A DNA stretch of 64,000 nucleotides from Sedimentisphaeraceae bacterium JB056 (GTDB taxonomy: Bacteria; Planctomycetota; Phycisphaerae; Sedimentisphaerales; Sedimentisphaeraceae), in contig JBITAJ010000022.1 of the NCBI GenBank assembly GCA_044440125.1, positions 64,001 to 128,000 of the forward strand. The letters run 5' to 3'. Shown one piece after another: positions 9,655 through 20,309 of the stretch. Under the pieces are notes generated by a model, which was not told the origin of the DNA, ran no database searches, and saw nothing but the letters and a program-made list of their open reading frames with translations. A program made the translations under genes and the position numbers. Position 1 is the stretch's first letter. Each line of letters opens with the position of its first letter.

Positions 9655-11601
9655 TTAACGTTTTCTTTCGTTAGAATAAAGCGGCTTATCGCCCAAAGGC
9701 CACGTCAAGCTATCCGTTTTGTTTTCCCATCGCAACAAAACTCTTTTTACATCATCGGTTTCTTCAAAAATCACATCAGGCTTGAATGCGGACTCCGTAG
9801 GCACAAGAATTACAATAAAATGCGGATTAACCGCTTTCCTGTATATTCCCAATCGTGAAAATGTGGACGGTTTTCGACCATCGTCAGGAGTATATTTGCC
9901 ATCTTTAATTACCACATCAGATAAATCATCTACAAAAACATGCATCTTCACCTGCCCTGAATCTTTTTTTGGCACAGCCATTACATAGTTATCCTTAATC
10001 TTGAATTCAAGATCAGGCCAACTCAACATCTGCCAACAGTAATCATGCGGCAGGCCGTCTTTTTCAACATCGTCAAGAATAACGGCATAAGCAGGATTAT
10101 CTTCCGTCGGACGTATAAAGAAAACGTGTCTTAACGCCTTTTTAACTGGCGTACCTTCCATCCCTCTGTCATTAGCATTATATGCATCACTGCAGTCTGC
10201 AAGAGCATAGCCGTATTCAGCTTCACTGATATAATCAAGAATTTTTCCGCTTGTCCCCAGACCGGCTCCGCTCAACGCCTGCCCCTTACCATCTATAAGA
10301 ACACAGTTATGTGCCGCTGTCTGAGCTCTGCCCTCAGGTTCACGGTTGTTTCCATATCCAGGATCACATGCCCATTTACGGCCATAACCGTAAAGAGTAA
10401 AGTGCCCCTTGTCTGCCTGATTATGAGTTACATTATAATAAGGGCCTGCTTCAATCGAAAACATAACATCGTCTTTTTCCCAACCGGTTCTCCAAACACA
10501 AAGCCCTCTGCCTTCAAAATGACTGCTAAGCGGAACATTGGCCTTGACCGGATCCAGCGGCAAAGTATCGTTGTCCCATACTATTTTCTGCCAAAACTTG
10601 ACACTTGCCGTATTATCAGAGAGCCATTTCGCCAATGAGTTACGATTATATTTAGCCAAAGCAAGCATTTGAGCTCGAATGCCGCCATAATTTGAGTCAT
10701 TCCTCGCTTCATAGACATTTTCACCGGGCAAAAGTGAGAGCGCATAAAATTGTGGAAGTTTTTCAAGAACAGGATGCCTGAAATAGTCAATGCCTTTGCA
10801 ATTATTCATAGCAGCAAGAAACAACAGGCTATTATCAAGACCATAAGATGTATATCCCACGCCCTCAAGATATGCACCCTGCTTATCAAATCCATTATCC
10901 AGCCATCTGTTAACAATCTCTACGGCATCTTTCTGCCATTTCTGGGAATATTTGGGATACTCATTCTCTATTGCCAGAGCAACCAACCCAACCGCTCCGC
11001 CCGTAACACCATTCCAATTATGGTACTTATACCAGCCCGTTTCTGGATTCTGAGCATTGGAAACAGCGTCTGAAATATAAGGCTTTGCTGTATAGAATAT
11101 AATTTTCCTTTCAGATGGCGTCAGTTGTTCATAGAACAAAGCATAACTAAAACCAAGAGCCCTTATCATATCCCCTTTACCGCCCGGTAAATTAGCAGAC
11201 ATGATTTCACCTTCCAGCGGCAGCTTTTCACAAGCTGAAAGTATAAGCTTTATTCCATGACGCGAGAATTGCTCATCATGGGTAAAATGATACGCAAAAC
11301 CTAACACCTCGATTTGGCGATGAAGCCGTCGGCAGATAAGACTGCCTTTAGTAGCCGCAGCCTGCTGCTCAAAACCTTTATCTATTTCTGCTGGATCAGC
11401 GAAACCGGGCGAGTCTGGGTCGCAAAGAGCCAATGCTTCTGCATGGAACTCTTTCCACTGATCTTCAAACTCCGAAGAATTCAATTTAGCTCGAATCTGT
11501 TGGAAGCTCAATTTACCTGCAAACATCTCAAAACCTGCGGCTTTGATTGCTGCAGAAAAAAACATAGAGACGATACTCATTGCAACTAACACTTTATACA
11601 T
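9655..11601 (-). CDS. Heparinase II/III-like polysaccharide lyase, secreted
   Basis: Signal peptide; HNW, EGVGY, HNQADKGHF, DPGY and AHN motifs of the toroid plus beta-sandwich lyase superfamily. Confidence 0.8.
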   Translation of the reverse strand: MYKVLVAMSIVSMFFSAAIKAAGFEMFAGKLSFQQIRAKLNSSEFEDQWKEFHAEALALCDPDSPGFADPAEIDKGFEQQAAATKGSLICRRLHRQIEVLGFAYHFTHDEQFSRHGIKLILSACEKLPLEGEIMSANLPGGKGDMIRALGFSYALFYEQLTPSERKIIFYTAKPYISDAVSNAQNPETGWYKYHNWNGVTGGAVGLVALAIENEYPKYSQKWQKDAVEIVNRWLDNGFDKQGAYLEGVGYTSYGLDNSLLFLAAMNNCKGIDYFRHPVLEKLPQFYALSLLPGENVYEARNDSNYGGIRAQMLALAKYNRNSLAKWLSDNTASVKFWQKIVWDNDTLPLDPVKANVPLSSHFEGRGLCVWRTGWEKDDVMFSIEAGPYYNVTHNQADKGHFTLYGYGRKWACDPGYGNNREPEGRAQTAAHNCVLIDGKGQALSGAGLGTSGKILDYISEAEYGYALADCSDAYNANDRGMEGTPVKKALRHVFFIRPTEDNPAYAVILDDVEKDGLPHDYCWQMLSWPDLEFKIKDNYVMAVPKKDSGQVKMHVFVDDLSDVVIKDGKYTPDDGRKPSTFSRLGIYRKAVNPHFIVILVPTESAFKPDVIFEETDDVKRVLLRWENKTDSLTWPLGDKPLYSNERKR

Positions 11602-11661
11602 ACACAAACTTTCAAATATATTTAAGCAAAAAGTATATCAAAACAATAGCTCACCTATTTA

Positions 11662-13464
11662 TCATTCTCCTTTAATACCAAGCATAACGTTTTTACCATT
11701 AAAATCAAATTTCACTTTGCCACTGCCCCATGAAGAATAAGCATAAGGGCTTGCAAAACTGGGGTAGTCAAGATCAAGAGCCTTGCCGTTAAGCTCCCGT
11801 TTACCCTTAGTATTTATGGACAGCGTCCCTTCTGCCTTTGACCGATATGTCAGCTCCATAGATTCCGCGTTAAATGAGATAGTATTTTTTAAGACCTCAT
11901 CAATAAAGCCATTAAATGTCATATCATCAAGTGCTCGAGTTTCGCAGATCAAAGCATGTTTATTCCCATTGGAAACTACTTCGAGCCCGGCATATTTACC
12001 ATCTTCAACCCAATGATAAGGTGCTGAGAATTTCAAGGCTACCGCACTATCGGCAAACCTACCGAACAGCCAACCTTTTTTCTCGACAACTTCATCGAAT
12101 AGTTTTCGAGGAAAATACGCATGTATCATTTGATAGTGCATTTCCTTGGGTATCTCATAAAGTGCAACAAGAACATTCTCCTGCTGAAAGAAGTGGCCTG
12201 TACTTCCTGCCCAGTAGTTGCCCATATTTTGATCTGATGCATGGCTTGGATGATTGGCGAAAACCCTGAGTGAAGTGCCTCCGCCGGTAAAGGACAAGTC
12301 CCAATGCTGCTGTTGATGATTCGCATACCACGCACACTCATGCCCCTTTGGATACTCATCCTGAAACTGTACACACCCCATTACATAGCCGGGAGAAACA
12401 TAGGTATACTTTCGTATACTACCATCCAACGGCTTGTAAGGTCGTGCATCCACCACATTATGCAGGTGCTTTCTCTCACGATTCACATAAGCAGGACGCT
12501 TGCTGTTAGCAAACTCCACCAGTAATTCAGGAGCCCTGTATTCACTTCCGTAAACAACTGCACATCGCATGCCTTTAGGCATGCAATTCCCAAAATAAAG
12601 ATAATTCAGAGCATAAGCATTGGAACGCCTATGGTCAAAAGATGACTTTATGGAGCTCCTGCCATGCGCACCACCGTATATACCATCAACAGAATTAAGA
12701 GCCAGCCCCAAAAGAATCAAATCCATATTAGCCTTTGCAAGCTGCCGTATCTCAGAACTTGGCGCATAATCATAAAGATTTACCAAACACTCCCAATCCG
12801 CTATCATATAAACAGTACTGTCAAATTCACCCCAGCCTTTTTCAGCTCTGAATGTAAGAAAATCCTTCAGCCAATACTCATCCTTAATTTTCAACGCAAT
12901 TGCTTCATCGCGATACGCGTTGAACCTGACACGAAAAACTCCTCCTTTTGATGGATCACCAAGAATAGATGCCATCAGATAACGACTGCTTCTAAATAGC
13001 AGATAATGATTTTCCGATGGAAATATGCTTTTGTAGTCATACTCTGTAAAGAAGTTTTCAATTGCAGTTTTGGTCTCGGGATACAGATTCTTACTCTCAT
13101 GGGTTAGATAGTAAACACGGCAAAGTAAAGCCGCAGCAAAATCCGGTTCGCCGTCAAGCATTCTGCCGTGAGGATGCGGCCTATCGAACCAACTGGCAAC
13201 CGACAGCAAAACCTCATTCGCCTTATCCAAATCCTGTCCGGCAATGATGCGCATTGCGGCCCCCTTGCCGTAAACATCCTGCTCTATAGTCTGCACAGTC
13301 CCGCTCAGTTCATCTCCAATAAGCTGCTCCATCCTCTGTTCGTATGAACCCTTCGAACTTTCTGTCTTTGAATCATTTTGCCCCCCGAAAACATGGCCAT
13401 TTAATAGCCCGATTACTAACAACAACATAAAACAACTGCGTTTATTTGCAATAACTGTAACCAT
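11662..13464 (-). CDS. Secreted hypothetical protein, lyase-like paralog family (divergent copy)
   Basis: Signal peptide; SENH, EFDSTVY, GIYGGAHGR, IRKYTY, QQQHW motifs shared with three other ORFs in the locus. Confidence 0.65.
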   Translation of the reverse strand: MVTVIANKRSCFMLLLVIGLLNGHVFGGQNDSKTESSKGSYEQRMEQLIGDELSGTVQTIEQDVYGKGAAMRIIAGQDLDKANEVLLSVASWFDRPHPHGRMLDGEPDFAAALLCRVYYLTHESKNLYPETKTAIENFFTEYDYKSIFPSENHYLLFRSSRYLMASILGDPSKGGVFRVRFNAYRDEAIALKIKDEYWLKDFLTFRAEKGWGEFDSTVYMIADWECLVNLYDYAPSSEIRQLAKANMDLILLGLALNSVDGIYGGAHGRSSIKSSFDHRRSNAYALNYLYFGNCMPKGMRCAVVYGSEYRAPELLVEFANSKRPAYVNRERKHLHNVVDARPYKPLDGSIRKYTYVSPGYVMGCVQFQDEYPKGHECAWYANHQQQHWDLSFTGGGTSLRVFANHPSHASDQNMGNYWAGSTGHFFQQENVLVALYEIPKEMHYQMIHAYFPRKLFDEVVEKKGWLFGRFADSAVALKFSAPYHWVEDGKYAGLEVVSNGNKHALICETRALDDMTFNGFIDEVLKNTISFNAESMELTYRSKAEGTLSINTKGKRELNGKALDLDYPSFASPYAYSSWGSGKVKFDFNGKNVMLGIKGE

Positions 13465-13505
13465 AATTCACCTAAAAATTTTAATATGTTAAAAAAAACG
13501 AACGA

Positions 13506-15035
13506 TCAGGAACAATATCGCATATATTTATTTAAATGCGAGATAAGCTCGTTACACATCTGATCTCTTATAGCTGAATGATTCTCATCAGAATATAAAT
13601 TATTCCATTCCTGATTGTCAACGGCTATATGATAAAACTCACCCTCAATAATATCCTCAAGTTTAAAACCGTATATATTAGTACAGTTGGGAACTGTAAC
13701 AATCAATTTGTAATCCTTTTTGCGCCACATATATGACTTAGTGTTCGGATTTTCATGAAATTCACAAAATGCTGCTTCCCTTTCAATATCACCAAGCAAA
13801 TCATTACCCATCAATTTAGAGGAAGCAGTCTCTCCGGCAGCATTAAGTATTGTAGGGTAAATATCAACTAATTCCACCGGTCTATGATCTCGGCCACCCT
13901 TCAATGCCTTTTCAACAACCGTACCACCTATAATGACCGGCACACGAACACTTGATTCATATAAACAATACTTATTGAATCTGTAGTACCGTTCGCCAAG
14001 CATCTCACCATGATCTGAAATATATACAATCAGACAATTATCAAGTATCCCTTTTGATTCCAGCTTATCCATAACCCTGCCAAACATGCTGTCAATCCAG
14101 GAACAATTAGCACGATAACGAAGTATCATTTGCTGCCAAAGTTTCTTATCCGCCTTGCTCCAAAAATCGATGTACATATCATCACGATTGAAACCACTGG
14201 CATGACATGGTTCGACCATGTCCTTCTCAGGCTGCGGCGGAACCGGCATATTTTCAATATTATATAATCCCTCAAAGCCTTCCGGTACATTATGGCCGGC
14301 ATGAGGAGCTAAGAATGACAGGTAAAGAAACAGAGGCCTATCCTCGTCAATCCCATTATCAATAAACTTAAGGCACTGGTTAAAAACCCACCCATCACGA
14401 TGATCTTCTTCTTTAACCTTACTTGTACAACCAATGTACCCCTTGATACCTTCGCCACCTGCTCCATAATCCTTCACCTCTTCACGATACCTTGCAAGAC
14501 CGTCAGGATTTGCATCCCCCATCATTATCGCGTTCTTCTCATACAAAATACTATCACGAGGCTGACCGACATATCTCACCTCAAAACCTCGAGTTGAGCA
14601 ACCTTTGTCACACCAATGCGTCTTTCCGAAACCTGCTGTTTGGTATCCTGCTTTGCTCAATGCCTGAGCTATCGTATCAGAGGGCAAATTATAATCAGGA
14701 ACATATTGATCATTTCTCTGAACACCTATCTGTGTTGGGTATAGACCAAGCATCAATGAGTAGCGGCTGGGAACACACATTGGAGCCTGACATACTGCCT
14801 GATCAAATATAACTCCATCTTCTGCAACCTTATCTAACGCAGGAGTCTTAACTCCTGGATTGATTTTGCCAACATAATCCCATCTTTGCTGATCACTCAT
14901 AAGAAATATTATATTGGGACGCTGCCTCCGCACATCTCTTTTCTTGTAGCCCCCATAAGAAGCTTGCAGTAAGACATTCAAGTATGTTGTTGTAACCAAC
15001 GTTTGTTTAATAAAATCGCGTCTGTTGTTCTTCAT
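13506..15035 (-). CDS. Formylglycine-dependent sulfatase with Tat signal
   Basis: NRRDFIK twin-arginine motif; PNIIFLMSDQ, CVPSR, GKTH, SDHGE. Confidence 0.92.
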   Translation of the reverse strand: MKNNRRDFIKQTLVTTTYLNVLLQASYGGYKKRDVRRQRPNIIFLMSDQQRWDYVGKINPGVKTPALDKVAEDGVIFDQAVCQAPMCVPSRYSLMLGLYPTQIGVQRNDQYVPDYNLPSDTIAQALSKAGYQTAGFGKTHWCDKGCSTRGFEVRYVGQPRDSILYEKNAIMMGDANPDGLARYREEVKDYGAGGEGIKGYIGCTSKVKEEDHRDGWVFNQCLKFIDNGIDEDRPLFLYLSFLAPHAGHNVPEGFEGLYNIENMPVPPQPEKDMVEPCHASGFNRDDMYIDFWSKADKKLWQQMILRYRANCSWIDSMFGRVMDKLESKGILDNCLIVYISDHGEMLGERYYRFNKYCLYESSVRVPVIIGGTVVEKALKGGRDHRPVELVDIYPTILNAAGETASSKLMGNDLLGDIEREAAFCEFHENPNTKSYMWRKKDYKLIVTVPNCTNIYGFKLEDIIEGEFYHIAVDNQEWNNLYSDENHSAIRDQMCNELISHLNKYMRYCS

Positions 15036-15098
15036 TTATATCCTTTTAACAAGAATAGTAATATCCATAACACCGTAAAATCTATCATAAAAAAGACC

Positions 15099-15443
15099 TT
15101 ACTCTTGAGTCAATTCCTTTATCCGATGTTTCAATAGTAAGTTTTCTTTATATAGTTCCTGCAAATCCTGCCCCATAACATCAACCATATTTTCTTGCAG
15201 ACGGCTCTCCGGGGCTTGCTCAAGTCTTGTGACCAGAATATCTCTCTCTGTTTCGCATTTATCAAGAATTACTTGCATTTGCTCAATACGTTTGGCATGA
15301 ATATGCTCCTGCTGGACTATCTTTTTCTCAAGTCGCGATATTTCAAGCCTAAGGTCATTATCGGAAAGTTCGTTTTGCATAGAGCATCCGCAGAAAAATA
15401 ACGCAAAACAAATAATCAACTTAAAACAACCAGTAAAACTCAT
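15099..15443 (-). CDS. Putative coiled-coil lipoprotein
   Basis: 114 aa; lipobox-like FCGC after a hydrophobic stretch; heptad-rich body. Confidence 0.55.
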   Translation of the reverse strand: MSFTGCFKLIICFALFFCGCSMQNELSDNDLRLEISRLEKKIVQQEHIHAKRIEQMQVILDKCETERDILVTRLEQAPESRLQENMVDVMGQDLQELYKENLLLKHRIKELTQE

Positions 15444-15476
15444 ATTAAGAATCCCATTCTAATATAAAAGAAATGA

Positions 15477-15514
15477 AATAGCATCACGATTATCATACAA
15501 ACCGTGATGCTATT
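15477..15514 (-). terminator. Stem-loop / possible terminator inside the operon
   Basis: AATAGCATCACG ... CGTGATGCTATT 12-bp inverted repeat just after the stop of 15522-16319. Confidence 0.6.
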
Positions 15515-15521
15515 AAAATAC

Positions 15522-16319
15522 CTATGGTGTAGCCTCATCTACAGAACTGGCAATACGTACGTTGTCGAATATGGCAACCAAATTATTATCTGATTCGCCA
15601 CGATATAAGCCGCATCTTATCATCCAGTCGTCAGTTACAACTCCCTGAGGCTCACAGCCCCAATCGTGATTCCAGTCGACAAGAAGATTCCCATCATACC
15701 ACACTTTCACATTACCGGTTCCCGTCATTTGATTGTGATTTGGGGCCAGCCTAAAAACGAAAGTATGCCAATACCCCTTAGATATCTCAGTACTGGGGAT
15801 AAGAGCGTACGCCCCTGCATCATCTCTGCCTGTTATATGAAACCTTAGAACTGTATCGGTTTCCAATGTACAGTGAAGAGGTACTCCACAGCCCATACCG
15901 GAATTAGCCTGCCACGCCTGCATAAAATGCACGGGTACATCAAGCGGCCAGTCAGAGCTGCTGTTGTTTATGCACATCGCAAAACCAAAATAGCGAATCT
16001 TCCCAAACTTAAGTGCATAAGAATCCGTCATATGACAAGCTGTTATCTCCGTCCTGTCCTTATAATTGTCACTGTCGGGGTAAAGACGCATACCAAGTGC
16101 ATAATTACCGTCGTAATACGATGATCCCGTTATCCAAGGACAGTTATAATCATCACCTTCGAGTTCAAGGTTAAAATATTGAGAATCATCATATAACTGT
16201 GAAGTCCCACAATAAACGATCGCATTTTCTAAATCAATATTTGCCCATGTTAATGCGTAAACCGAAACAGAAAAATAAGATATGGTCAGGCAAACTATTA
16301 TAAATTTCAACATTTTCAT
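15522..16319 (-). CDS. Secreted beta-jelly-roll polysaccharide lyase-like protein (heparin lyase I / PL20-like)
   Basis: Signal peptide; DRTE, HFMQAWQ, GYWHTFV, VWYDG, RCGLYR, FDNVRI; AAGGAG RBS. Confidence 0.65.
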   Translation of the reverse strand: MKMLKFIIVCLTISYFSVSVYALTWANIDLENAIVYCGTSQLYDDSQYFNLELEGDDYNCPWITGSSYYDGNYALGMRLYPDSDNYKDRTEITACHMTDSYALKFGKIRYFGFAMCINNSSSDWPLDVPVHFMQAWQANSGMGCGVPLHCTLETDTVLRFHITGRDDAGAYALIPSTEISKGYWHTFVFRLAPNHNQMTGTGNVKVWYDGNLLVDWNHDWGCEPQGVVTDDWMIRCGLYRGESDNNLVAIFDNVRIASSVDEATP

Positions 16320-16400
16320 TTCAAAACACTCCTTAATTAATAATTCACTTACAGTACATATACGTTATAATAGGCTATTTATAAACTTCAAAACCTCCTT

Positions 16401-18389
16401 TCATTGATAGATTAATGATTCCCGGTTTTCAGGATCTGTTGACTGGAGCCATTGAGAAGCAATTTGAGCAAAATCTGCTATATTCACATAGCAATCACGA
16501 TTAATATCTGCCGGATAAACAGAATTGCAATACCCCATATCAACTAACAGTTCGTTTCCATACTGATCGGCTATCTTGACATCATTACTGCCGGAAACAG
16601 CCTGAATATAAGGAGAATCATATGTCAGTGCAAGATCAAGTACAACCTCTGAATAATTGATTTCCGGCAAACGAGCATCATTATACATGCTCAAAGTATC
16701 ACCATAACTGTTTGTATAACTCAGCCTATCACCTGTTTGTGACCAAACTAAAAAGTTATCTAAAATATCGTTTTTGAAAGCCTGAAAATCTGTATAATCA
16801 GATGCTTTCCTGACATCCAAAACCGCATAAGCATCAAGATTACCGACACTCACAAAATCTCCGGAGGCATCTGGATCATATCTGAAAGAATATCCGGCCC
16901 CTTCTGTCTGATGAAATGCTCCGGCAGCAAGATAAACACTTCCATCACTATTTTGAGAAAAGAGCCAGCCTGAATCATCATAATTATAACCAAACGCTGC
17001 AGAAAAGAAAAACTGCAATCGTCGCGGCTGACCATCTGAGTTAACGTCGGATATATTAATATTTCGTCTTATGATCGCCGCTCCCTTACAACCAACAGCC
17101 TGCAAGTCCTGATAGCCGGTACGAAGGTCTGAGCCTCTCGGCTCTCCCTGAACATATACCCTGCTTGAATAATCATCAGAGCCTATAATTCCCATCCAAT
17201 GGTTCTGGTTTGTTATTTGGGTATAACCGATTGATTCATCTAATGTAAAAGTGCCTAAAGTAAACTCAGGAGTCACATATGTATATCGTTTTATCGCCGA
17301 AGGGAACTCTACTGTATACCATAATTCTCCGCCTTCAGGATGCACCCAACTGCCGCGACCCGGCCTTGAACTTGTATACTCAAAATCTCCTCTTTCATCT
17401 GTATCAGTGAATAGATTCAACGATATCGCTGGCAACCTGTAATCAGTAATACAAGCAGGTATCAAATCAAATGGACTATTACCGCTTGTAAAAGTGTTAT
17501 GATCGGGCAATCCACTGAAAAGCCAGTTATAATAACTCAGCTTATCGGAAATGAAATAGTATGAAGACCTATCCTTATAACTCCTGACCTTTGCCCCGCC
17601 TCTTATTCCATTAAGTGTTTCGATTGCTACATCAGTAAAGTAAAGATCAAGATATTTCGATACCTGCTGACGTAATGTATCAGAATCTGTGCATTGCATT
17701 ATGGTAAAAGCCGCCATAAGATAAAGCCCTGAATATGTAGGTGAACCAAATTCAACCTGAATTCCTCTGGTGCCCGCCTGACGGAAATATTCGGGCAGAA
17801 ATTCCGTCAAAACATCATAATGCTGCTGCAGTGTCGAACCATCATCATAAAGCACTCCCTGCCATTGCGGATCATCCTTGAGAAGCATAGAAGTACAGTA
17901 ATAAACAGCCTTGCGAACAATATTATGATTATCACTCAGGTGCAGTCTCCAGATATTCGTTTCTATTGGAGATATATCAGCCAATAAATCATACTCTTTG
18001 CTGTAATCAAACAACATTGTCTTCAAAGCGTATTCAGCATCTTCAGTAAGGTACTGATTCAAAAGCGGATCACAACCTATCATGCTTAGATGAGGAAGCA
18101 TCCAATACGTACCGCCGATTTCGTCATCAACTTCCCAGCCTTGCTGCGTGTCAATAATAAGCTGATTAGCCTGATCTATATCGCCTTGTGTTATTTCGGG
18201 AAATCCCCTGCCTGCCAAAGCAAATATGCAATACGCACGCACCACATTGCCGCGAGGCTCTACAGGCGGATACTTCTGCGTATTGAAATGATACATCATG
18301 GTCGTATTCTGACGATCATAAACATCATCAGCTGATACTGCAGAATACCAAAGGCTCAGTATCAAAATAGCATGAATCATATGTTTCAT
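16401..18389 (-). CDS. Secreted hypothetical protein, lyase-like paralog family, with C-terminal dockerin-like motif
   Basis: Signal peptide; YWMLPHL, SDNH, EFGSPTY, GIRGGAKVRSYK, NQNHWMG; DINRDCYVNIADF...QWL tail. Confidence 0.7.
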   Translation of the reverse strand: MKHMIHAILILSLWYSAVSADDVYDRQNTTMMYHFNTQKYPPVEPRGNVVRAYCIFALAGRGFPEITQGDIDQANQLIIDTQQGWEVDDEIGGTYWMLPHLSMIGCDPLLNQYLTEDAEYALKTMLFDYSKEYDLLADISPIETNIWRLHLSDNHNIVRKAVYYCTSMLLKDDPQWQGVLYDDGSTLQQHYDVLTEFLPEYFRQAGTRGIQVEFGSPTYSGLYLMAAFTIMQCTDSDTLRQQVSKYLDLYFTDVAIETLNGIRGGAKVRSYKDRSSYYFISDKLSYYNWLFSGLPDHNTFTSGNSPFDLIPACITDYRLPAISLNLFTDTDERGDFEYTSSRPGRGSWVHPEGGELWYTVEFPSAIKRYTYVTPEFTLGTFTLDESIGYTQITNQNHWMGIIGSDDYSSRVYVQGEPRGSDLRTGYQDLQAVGCKGAAIIRRNINISDVNSDGQPRRLQFFFSAAFGYNYDDSGWLFSQNSDGSVYLAAGAFHQTEGAGYSFRYDPDASGDFVSVGNLDAYAVLDVRKASDYTDFQAFKNDILDNFLVWSQTGDRLSYTNSYGDTLSMYNDARLPEINYSEVVLDLALTYDSPYIQAVSGSNDVKIADQYGNELLVDMGYCNSVYPADINRDCYVNIADFAQIASQWLQSTDPENRESLIYQ

Positions 18390-18391
18390 AA

Positions 18392-20278
18392 TTAATAGCC
18401 AAAATCTAATATAAGTTTATTACCGTCAAAATCTTTTACGGTTACTTTATTACTGTCATAGTCGCCATAAATGTATGGACTTTTATACGTCTGATTCGGA
18501 GTAAAATTTAATGGCACATCATCAATGCAGGGTTTCTTCATATCAGCAAACATAGTAAGCTTTGCAGCGTCTCTGGATGGAAAATATTCAAACTGATCAA
18601 AGTTATTTACATACTGCATTTCATTATCACGCATGTCTTTTTTGAAACTTTCGAAATCAGTATAATCTTTAACTCCAGCAACCTCAAAGACTACCATAAC
18701 GCTTGGATTCAGATATTTTACAAACTTACCATCGTAGCCTTCTTTTTCTGCTATTACATATTTAGGCTTTTCAGAAACATCAATACCATTTTCACCGCCT
18801 TCATCCTTAACCGCCGGCTTAATCGCATAATATGTCTTAGAGTTATGCCCGAATATCCACCCGCTTTCCTTGTCTTCTTCCAAACTGAAATCGTTTGATA
18901 CAAATGTAAACAAGAGTTCATCCCCATAAGATGCAAGTTGCCTGCGGATAACCATCGCATTCTTATCGCCAATAGCCATAAGATTACGATAGCTCGCTCT
19001 TCTTGCCATAAGCTCAGGAGAAGTTGTCTGGAAAACAATGCGACTATTCACACTCTCACCCGTAACAACGCCCATCCACTGATTCTGACTGTTTATAAGC
19101 ATATAATGCTTACTCTCATCAATAGCAAACCAGCCAAGTACATAGTCAGGACTGCACCATGAATACCGATATACCGATGATGGATATTCTATCACATACA
19201 TAGGAGCATTATGATATTCATGCTCTGTATAAAGCACATGGTCGCCCTGTCCAAGCCTGCGTGAAATATAGCTGTAGTTGCCTCTTTTTTCCGGCTCAGT
19301 AATAAGATTGTATATCACATCCGGCAATTCATAGTTGCTTGCCGCTATAATTATCGAATCAAAACTGATCCCTTTATTAAGCGTTTCCGGCTGACCTGTC
19401 AACATATAGTTGCAGAACATCAGCTTGTCATTTTCTCCTTTGTAAGTACTCGGGTCTTTATACATCCTGACCTTAGCACCACCGCGAATACCATTTATCG
19501 TCTCCTGAGCGACATCAGCAAAGAAAAGATCTATAAATCTGCGAGTGTACTCCTTGAGCTGCTTATTCTCAATACAATCATACATAGCAAACAACGGCTG
19601 CAGATGTACTCCAGAATAAACCGCACTGCCAAACTCAATATCTATGCCTCTTTGTGCACGATATTTATAATAAGCCATAAAATAATCGACAAATACCTGA
19701 TAATGCCTTTCTGCAGTTGTGCCGTCAGTGTATTTCCTGTCGGCATAGTCGGGGTCATTCTTGAATATTTGAGCGGCTAAAAGAAAAACGCCTTTCTTAT
19801 GCACATCGTGGTTGTCGCTTATATAAACGTTGAGCAAGTCTTCCGGAATATTATCCATTCGCGAGAGATCATCATAAGTATAAACAAAATCCCAAAGTAG
19901 AGCCTTCAATATCTGCTCGGCTCTCTCACTGAGACGGGGTGAAATCTCCGGAGAAGCAAGTATCATAGACAATTGAGGCAAAGCCCAGTAAAGCCCATGA
20001 GAATTTTCACTCTTACTGAAATCATCCACATTATCCTCAAGCAAATCAGCTATAACCTCACTGCACCATTGAGCATCTTCCTCACTTGGGTCAGCGGCAA
20101 GTCCGGCCAGTACGGTATTTATGGTCAACCTGTCGTTATGACCTATTCTTATGGACTTTTTCATTGACCCATAATAGCCCTTTAGCTCTTTATGACATCT
20201 TTGCTGTTTAGTCTCACCAAATGTGGAAACTGTAAATATAAACGAAAATAGAATTAATGAAATCACATATTTATACAT
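18392..20278 (-). CDS. Secreted hypothetical protein, lyase-like paralog family
   Basis: Signal peptide from MYKYVIS (AGGA RBS); YWALPQL, SDNH, EFGSAVY, GIRGGAKVRMYK, SQNQWMG. Confidence 0.7.
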   Translation of the reverse strand: MYKYVISLILFSFIFTVSTFGETKQQRCHKELKGYYGSMKKSIRIGHNDRLTINTVLAGLAADPSEEDAQWCSEVIADLLEDNVDDFSKSENSHGLYWALPQLSMILASPEISPRLSERAEQILKALLWDFVYTYDDLSRMDNIPEDLLNVYISDNHDVHKKGVFLLAAQIFKNDPDYADRKYTDGTTAERHYQVFVDYFMAYYKYRAQRGIDIEFGSAVYSGVHLQPLFAMYDCIENKQLKEYTRRFIDLFFADVAQETINGIRGGAKVRMYKDPSTYKGENDKLMFCNYMLTGQPETLNKGISFDSIIIAASNYELPDVIYNLITEPEKRGNYSYISRRLGQGDHVLYTEHEYHNAPMYVIEYPSSVYRYSWCSPDYVLGWFAIDESKHYMLINSQNQWMGVVTGESVNSRIVFQTTSPELMARRASYRNLMAIGDKNAMVIRRQLASYGDELLFTFVSNDFSLEEDKESGWIFGHNSKTYYAIKPAVKDEGGENGIDVSEKPKYVIAEKEGYDGKFVKYLNPSVMVVFEVAGVKDYTDFESFKKDMRDNEMQYVNNFDQFEYFPSRDAAKLTMFADMKKPCIDDVPLNFTPNQTYKSPYIYGDYDSNKVTVKDFDGNKLILDFGY

Positions 20279-20309
20279 ATCAATCCTGTAATAATTGGCC
20301 ATCATATTA